A stretch of 64,000 nucleotides of DNA from Candidatus Thorarchaeota archaeon (GTDB lineage Archaea > Asgardarchaeota > Thorarchaeia > Thorarchaeales > Thorarchaeaceae). Both the position numbers and the translations under genes were made by a program. The DNA lies in contig JBHLRZ010000012.1 in the NCBI GenBank assembly GCA_048882045.1, forward strand, positions 10,012-74,011. Direction: 5' to 3'. The stretch's first letter is position 1; each line of letters starts with the position of its first letter. The notes under the pieces are model-generated. The model was not told the DNA's origin and searched no databases. It saw only the letters and a list, made by a program, of their open reading frames with translations. Below, piece after piece: positions 58,651 to 64,000 of the stretch.

Positions 58651-59289
58651 TCATTCAGATGGTTCTAAATCGATTCTTGAAGATTCTTCAATCTCTTCCT
58701 CGGCAGCCTCTAAATCTTGAACCTCATCAGGAGCCGGCGGTTGAGGTGGTGGAGGTGCTTGTTGTGGTTGCTGAGACGGTATTGGTGTTGAAGCCCCTTT
58801 CGGCTTGAAAACTCTGGGATGGATAAATCTACCAAATATACCACCCAAGAGACCAAAGAAAAGAGCCATTGCATATACAAATGGGGCAAGTATGATCAGT
58901 AGTGCGATGATCACTAGGCCTTCAATCCAGGGAACTGGTTCATCTGGGAATCTTAAACTGTATGACAATGATAGCCCCATGACGAGCCACATCATACCAA
59001 AGAGGTCTGATGCAGTAATAGTAGCTCCTGGGACCAATATCTGTGGGAACAGAACCAGTAACAGAATACTCAACAGTTCCGTCAGAAAGGCTGCAACGAA
59101 ACCTCCTGAGATGTCACCTGAGATTATCCCAACAATAAACATGACTATGAAAATTGTCCAGATTCCACTTATGTTGACTGACATCCATCCATACAGAATA
59201 TCAGACATCCATAGGATTATTCCGACGATTATTGCAATCAATACTTTTTTCCATTGCATGAAGTTTTCCTTCTTACCTCGCTGATACAT
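58651..59289 (-). CDS. Hypothetical multi-pass membrane protein with Pro/Gln-rich and acidic cytoplasmic tail
   Basis: 5-6 hydrophobic segments, then PSQQPQQAPPPPQPPAP and an E-rich end. Confidence 0.65.
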   Translation of the reverse strand: MYQRGKKENFMQWKKVLIAIIVGIILWMSDILYGWMSVNISGIWTIFIVMFIVGIISGDISGGFVAAFLTELLSILLLVLFPQILVPGATITASDLFGMMWLVMGLSLSYSLRFPDEPVPWIEGLVIIALLIILAPFVYAMALFFGLLGGIFGRFIHPRVFKPKGASTPIPSQQPQQAPPPPQPPAPDEVQDLEAAEEEIEESSRIDLEPSE

Positions 59290-59319
59290 AGCCCAATGGA
59301 CATTGATGCTTATGAATTG

Positions 59320-59781
59320 TTAGTCTAAGAGCAACTTTTCACCAAATGCAATCCCAAACTCACGTGCTCTGGACTCCTCATCATCAGCGAGAGGACCTTT
59401 TCGTCCTGTGACCTTCGCTGAAAGTAGATCCAGTACTGAGATGCCCGGCAACTCCTCCCTCATCTTGGACTCGAGCTTCTTGACAGCAATGTTTCTGTTT
59501 CCCCCGGTATATGTATCAAAAGCAGCACCTATCTTTGCTTTGAGATGAACGATTGCTGCTCTCTCTATGAATCTGAGAAGGTTGAGTGGAGGTTCCTGGT
59601 TATGGTTTGGACCTCCCAAGAGAATCGCATCATAATCACATAGGTCATCAGTGTGAATCTCTCCGGTCTTCTTCACAATACACTCGGCACCTTCAATAGA
59701 GCTGATTCCTTGGCTAATTGCTTCAGCTATCTTCTTTGTATTACCATAGACGCTCTCGTAGACTATGATTGCTTTCTTCAT
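59320..59781 (-). CDS. Flavodoxin-like protein
   Basis: From ATG 59781: IIVYESVYGNTKKIAEAI, YDAILLGGP, AAFDT. Confidence 0.9.
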   Translation of the reverse strand: MKKAIIVYESVYGNTKKIAEAISQGISSIEGAECIVKKTGEIHTDDLCDYDAILLGGPNHNQEPPLNLLRFIERAAIVHLKAKIGAAFDTYTGGNRNIAVKKLESKMREELPGISVLDLLSAKVTGRKGPLADDEESRAREFGIAFGEKLLLD

Positions 59782-60006
59782 ATCCGTCGCCAGTACAGAG
59801 TTCCTATTTTTTCTCTTATGTACGTTGTTCAACAACGAATCCGCGGCATTACGTGAATCTAAACGCCTAATATAGAGGTTGAATGTCAGTTTTTGTAATA
59901 TAATAGGCCTCAGAGCACTGAGGAGTATGGAGGAGTGCTGTGAAGCTTGAAATGAAACATGAGGTGATTTAAGATCACACACTCTAAGACCAAAATTCTA
60001 CTCTTT

Positions 60007-61662
60007 ATGTTGATTCTGAGCCTGTTAGTAGCACCAATACAGGTCATGGCCACCGAGGCCCCAAGTGGTGTTCTAACTATTGAGAGGGTCACGACGCCTT
60101 CAGTGACGAAGACCTGGAGCACACTATCTCTGATAAATGACAGTTATTTCCATGATCCTGATGAATTAGATGAAGAAATCGAAAACATCCATGACTCTGT
60201 ACCTGCACTCGTCGACCTCGAGGTGATTGGTCAGAGCTATCAGGGACGAGACATCACTTGTTTGAGAATCACGAATGAGCAAAACGAAGTTCAAAAGGCA
60301 AAGACCCTAGTTGTCGCGCAGCATCACGGACGTGAGCAGATTACGGCTGAGATGGCTCTTCGTTTCATACTTTATCTGCTGAACAACTATGGTGACGATG
60401 CTCTCATTACTGAATATGTTGATACTCAGGAGATTTTCGTCATTCCTACTCTGAATCCTGATGCTCTCGAAATTGTCGTGAATCAAGGAAATCACTGGCT
60501 TAGGAAGAACTTGAGACCGTACGACAATGATGGTGACGGATTGTTTGCAGAAGATGACCTTGAGGATGTGAATGGCGATGGATGGATCTCTGACTTCCTT
60601 GTGTACGAAAAGGACTATCCCTCAGAAGTCCCTCACATTAATGACTATGACTGGGAGTACTGGGAAGGTATCGATAATGACGGAGATGGTTTGATCAATG
60701 AGGATGAAGTTGGCTTAGTTGACCTAAATCGCAACTATCCTACATTCTGGGATGATGCCATTGGAGACTTGCTTATCCCAGAAACACAGGTGTATCATGG
60801 AACATCACCATTTTCAGAACCTGAAACACAAGCATTCCGTGACTTTGTTCTCAATCATCGATTTGCGATGGCCTATTCATTGCATTCTGGAATCAATGCG
60901 ACTTATTTTCCCACTGATGAAAATGAAAACTGGAATGAAGCCATTCTCTATTATCAGGTATATTCGGACTTAGATGATATGCTTCCACATAGTTTCAATG
61001 AGGGTCAGGGCTATATGTCACAGGAGGCTGGGTTGAGCGGGGGTTGGGCTGAATGGATGTACACTGAGCGCGGCACAACAGTACCTATCACATTCGAACT
61101 ATATCACAACGGATCTGTTGACACAGAAGAAGCCCATGTAATCATCGAGAACAATAATACGCACATCGTTCGTGAATGGAAAGGCATCTATGGTTATTTC
61201 GCCCCTGTCGAGAGTCACATCAACGCACTATGGGATGACGTCCTCCCCGCTTTTGACTACCTCCTTGAGATGACCCCACGGTTAGATGTAACTGCTACTG
61301 GTGTTACAGGTGGCGTAACTACCGGAGACACGGTCGATATGTCAGTTGAGATGACCTGTCTGAGTCCAAGACTTGGAACTCATGGTGGAGTGCATGTTAT
61401 TGGACCGGGTGGTGCAGTTCTTGATACGCTGATTGCCATAGAAGGCGATCAGACTTTGACTGACCAAGCCAGCATCACATTACCATCAGACCTCAGCTCT
61501 GACATGACTATTCTGATTGGGAACAACTACACAGGTTATGCTGAGTTCGTACTATCTACTGGCGCCACACCAGCTCCACTCGATCCTTTGATTGTAGGTG
61601 CAGTCGTGGCGGTCTCGATAGCTGCTGTGGTAATCGTAGTATACTTTGTGAAATTCCGCTAG
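60007..61662 (+). CDS. Membrane-anchored M14 zinc carboxypeptidase
   Basis: IGQSYQGR, HHGRE, NPD, RKN, VDLNRNY, PFSEPET, SLHS, FELY; DxDGDG inserts; C-terminal TM. Confidence 0.9.
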   Translation: MLILSLLVAPIQVMATEAPSGVLTIERVTTPSVTKTWSTLSLINDSYFHDPDELDEEIENIHDSVPALVDLEVIGQSYQGRDITCLRITNEQNEVQKAKTLVVAQHHGREQITAEMALRFILYLLNNYGDDALITEYVDTQEIFVIPTLNPDALEIVVNQGNHWLRKNLRPYDNDGDGLFAEDDLEDVNGDGWISDFLVYEKDYPSEVPHINDYDWEYWEGIDNDGDGLINEDEVGLVDLNRNYPTFWDDAIGDLLIPETQVYHGTSPFSEPETQAFRDFVLNHRFAMAYSLHSGINATYFPTDENENWNEAILYYQVYSDLDDMLPHSFNEGQGYMSQEAGLSGGWAEWMYTERGTTVPITFELYHNGSVDTEEAHVIIENNNTHIVREWKGIYGYFAPVESHINALWDDVLPAFDYLLEMTPRLDVTATGVTGGVTTGDTVDMSVEMTCLSPRLGTHGGVHVIGPGGAVLDTLIAIEGDQTLTDQASITLPSDLSSDMTILIGNNYTGYAEFVLSTGATPAPLDPLIVGAVVAVSIAAVVIVVYFVKFR

Positions 61663-61681
61663 ACTCGGATTTATACGAAAT

Positions 61682-61725
61682 GGTGGGAACTGGACTAATT
61701 CCATTCCCACCTACACATCTTTTGA
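61682..61725 (+). terminator. Hairpin plus T-rich tract between convergent genes
   Basis: GGTGGGAA-c-TGGA-ctaat-TCCA-TTCCCACC then TCTTTT. Confidence 0.55.
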
Positions 61726-61785
61726 TATTTGGTCAATCAGTCACAAGGTCTTCAAAGCCTCATGGTTCATCAATTTAGACGCAAT

Positions 61786-62637
61786 TCATTTCCTAGCAAC
61801 AACTCCAAGGGTATCGTCATTCCTCGAAACACGCTGGAATCCCACTTCACGAAGCCGCTTAATCACTCCTTTCGGCAGGTCTCTTTTTCTGTGTCTTCCT
61901 CCAGGTGATCCAACATAGTGATGTAAGACTCCCCTTGGTTTCAAGACTCGGTGTATCTCTGAATAGAACTCAGCTGTGTATAGATCTGGCCCCAAAGAAA
62001 ATCTAGGGGGATCATGAAGGACAGCATGAAACGATTCTGGTTCGAACTCCTTTATCTTTAGAGCTGCATCTCCAAAAACTATGGAGACCCTCTTGTCACT
62101 ATGAAGCTCCCTTGACCATGGATTCAACTTGGACAACTCAATCACATGATGGTCTTTCTCTATTGAAACGATGCTCCTTACTCCCCTCTGAAGACACGCA
62201 ATGGTTGAGTAGCCCAATCCAGTGCATATGTCTAGTACGTCTATACCTTGACGAGCACAGAGTGCTGCTTTCATTCTCGCATCCTGAATGGGATTGATGT
62301 CCTTCACCCGATGCATGAGGATACCATCAATCAATAGCGCTGGTGCAGACTCGTGCCCTGTTGGGAAGAGTTTGTAGAAATGGTCCCCACTAATTGCTGC
62401 TTTGAAGATCTGATTGTCCCTCACAAAGTAAATGGTTTCTGGATCCTCGACAATCTTCGAGAGCTGCTCTAGATTCCAGAATGGATCCTTTAGATTGATT
62501 GTGGTGAATGTTCTCCCTAAATCCAGCGAAAGTTTCAGATGTTCGGTCTCACTTCTGATTGCTTCAATAATCTTCTCTGCAGTCACTGAGTGGAGGAATA
62601 TCATCAATGTTCTTCTAGCGGTTCCCCCTTTAGGCAC
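61786..62637 (-). CDS. Archaeal SAM-dependent methyltransferase (COG2521-like)
   Basis: SLDLG, P.L.IDGI.MH, VLDICTGLGY, NPWS, HDPPRF, LY..EFY. Confidence 0.85.
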   Translation of the reverse strand: MPKGGTARRTLMIFLHSVTAEKIIEAIRSETEHLKLSLDLGRTFTTINLKDPFWNLEQLSKIVEDPETIYFVRDNQIFKAAISGDHFYKLFPTGHESAPALLIDGILMHRVKDINPIQDARMKAALCARQGIDVLDICTGLGYSTIACLQRGVRSIVSIEKDHHVIELSKLNPWSRELHSDKRVSIVFGDAALKIKEFEPESFHAVLHDPPRFSLGPDLYTAEFYSEIHRVLKPRGVLHHYVGSPGGRHRKRDLPKGVIKRLREVGFQRVSRNDDTLGVVARK

Positions 62638-62693
62638 TTCGATTCATTGGAGTTATATGGTGGAATCTCTGGCGAAACAGCTAGTGAATTGTC

Positions 62694-63092
62694 ATGGACA
62701 GAGAACGATATCATCGGATGATATTTCTGACTGCAGCGGTTTGGAATATGATACTTGGAGCCGCTTTCTTCATACTACCTCGAATCGACATAGGATACTT
62801 CATTGCAACCGGTCTAGTCATTCCAAATACTCTACTTTGGTTTGATTCGTTTGTAGGACTTGTCTTTATCTTTGGAATAGGATTCTATCTTGTCAGTAAG
62901 GATATGATGGAGAATCATGGAATCATCAAGATGTCACTCTTCGAAAAGAATTGGGTCTTTATTGTGGGAGTTGCCTGGTTCTTCTTGGGACAGGCTTCGT
63001 TCCTAGTCGTGGCTTTTGTCACAGTCGATTTTGTCTTGGGACTTCTGTTTCTAGAGGATCTGTTGGCTATCAGAAAAATGAATCAAACATGA
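62694..63092 (+). CDS. Hypothetical 4-TM membrane protein
   Basis: AAVWN...G, FGIGFY.V..D...N..II. Confidence 0.65.
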   Translation: MDRERYHRMIFLTAAVWNMILGAAFFILPRIDIGYFIATGLVIPNTLLWFDSFVGLVFIFGIGFYLVSKDMMENHGIIKMSLFEKNWVFIVGVAWFFLGQASFLVVAFVTVDFVLGLLFLEDLLAIRKMNQT

Positions 63093-63171
63093 GAAACTGA
63101 GTGGTTTTTGTAGGTAGGCAGACACCAGACTATAAGTAGGGGCTACATGAAGAAGTCTTGGAAGTATTATC

Positions 63172-63789
63172 ATGGTCGAGGTCACAATCTGGAGTGAAAC
63201 GAAGACAGGAGGCAAGGTCGTCGAGCGATTCGATACAAGTTCATCATCTATCAATCTTAGTGATAGGAGAATCGCCACCACTGACCTATCAGTTTTGGAC
63301 CAGTTTCCAACCATTGAGGTACTTACTCTCTCAGGAAATGAGATTTCCTTTATCGACCTATCAGTCCTCAGAGATCGGACCGAGCTTCTGGAATTGTCAC
63401 TGAATGGTAATGTTATGGAAACCATCGATCTGGAACCATTGGAGGGTTGTACTGGCCTTATGCATCTGGATTTGTCTTTCAATATACTCAAGTCCATTGA
63501 CCTGAAACCTATTGGGAAGTGCAGGGCTTTGAAAGCACTCCACCTCTATGAGAACAAACTTGAGAGCATCGATCTATCACCGCTCAGTAGATGTAAGAAA
63601 CTACGCAATCTGACATTGGAAAAGAATGCCTTCACATCTATCGATGTGTCAGGACTATTCGCTTGTCCTAACCTGATGAAACTAGGTCTTGATCCCGAAG
63701 TAGTGATAACAGCCAAAGCCAAACTGAAAGATCAGGCAAAGATCCCATTCGGATTGAAACCTCTACTAGGTCAAATCAACTGGGAATGA
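63172..63789 (+). CDS. Leucine-rich repeat protein
   Basis: Tandem LxxLxLxxNxLxxIDLxPL repeats. Confidence 0.9.
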   Translation: MVEVTIWSETKTGGKVVERFDTSSSSINLSDRRIATTDLSVLDQFPTIEVLTLSGNEISFIDLSVLRDRTELLELSLNGNVMETIDLEPLEGCTGLMHLDLSFNILKSIDLKPIGKCRALKALHLYENKLESIDLSPLSRCKKLRNLTLEKNAFTSIDVSGLFACPNLMKLGLDPEVVITAKAKLKDQAKIPFGLKPLLGQINWE

Positions 63790-63935
63790 CGACAAACTAT
63801 TGTGAACCTTGTCTACCACTGAATTAGATATACAGTACATGCAACACCTAGGATCCACAACCGCCTTCTACACCAAACACTCGTATATCACAATGAATAT
63901 AATCTGGTTAATGACCGCCAACTAGTGAGGCAACA

Positions 63936-64000
63936 ATGTCCGATATACTCTTTTTATCAACTGGATTCGGATCAGGCCTTCTTTCTATCCTTATCGCTCT
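63936..64000 (+). CDS. Partial hydrophobic ORF (runs off window)
   Basis: GTGAGG RBS then MSDILFLSTGFGSGLLSILIA. Confidence 0.4.
   Translation, partial: MSDILFLSTGFGSGLLSILIA

Noticed and set aside
60525-60710. DxDGDG repeats in the M14 peptidase
   Set aside because: Calcium-binding-type inserts of this kind are familiar in M14 subfamilies
1-64000. CRISPR arrays, transposases/integrases, rRNA, selenoprotein UGA read-through with SECIS
   Set aside because: No regularly spaced repeats, recombinase motifs, rRNA-like stretch or convincing in-frame UGA continuation seen by eye; not computationally excluded

Overview
Gene-dense archaeal chromosome segment, most likely Asgard (Thorarchaeia-like). 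This is inferred from tandem Asgard-type profilins, ribosomal protein L38e, SepF, Alba and membrane-anchored surface proteins. About 1-32 kb is mainly core information processing and housekeeping: L37e/Lsm, aCPSF1, proteasome beta subunit, FKBP, KsgA, RpoF, L21e, Pus10, Pth2, TruD, L38e, L40e, sucCD, PAC2, NIP7/NOP2 and thrC. This part also holds two unusual Hel308/Ski2-like paralogs with degenerate motifs, a two-intron tRNA-Val(CAC), and a lone inverted copy of the tRNA 3' end. 32-44 kb is a MoxR/DUF58/DUF4350 locus built around a ~2050-aa surface protein whose transglutaminase triad appears lost. 44-64 kb is accessory: an OPT transporter with triplicated membrane repeats, two profilins separated by a putative pseudoknot, and an unannotated operon of three small peptides divergent from a wHTH regulator. 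It continues with a TrmB/ABC-exporter unit sharing an operator palindrome, peptidases and an LRR protein. No CRISPR array, transposase or integrase was seen. All assignments come from manual motif reading, not database searches.
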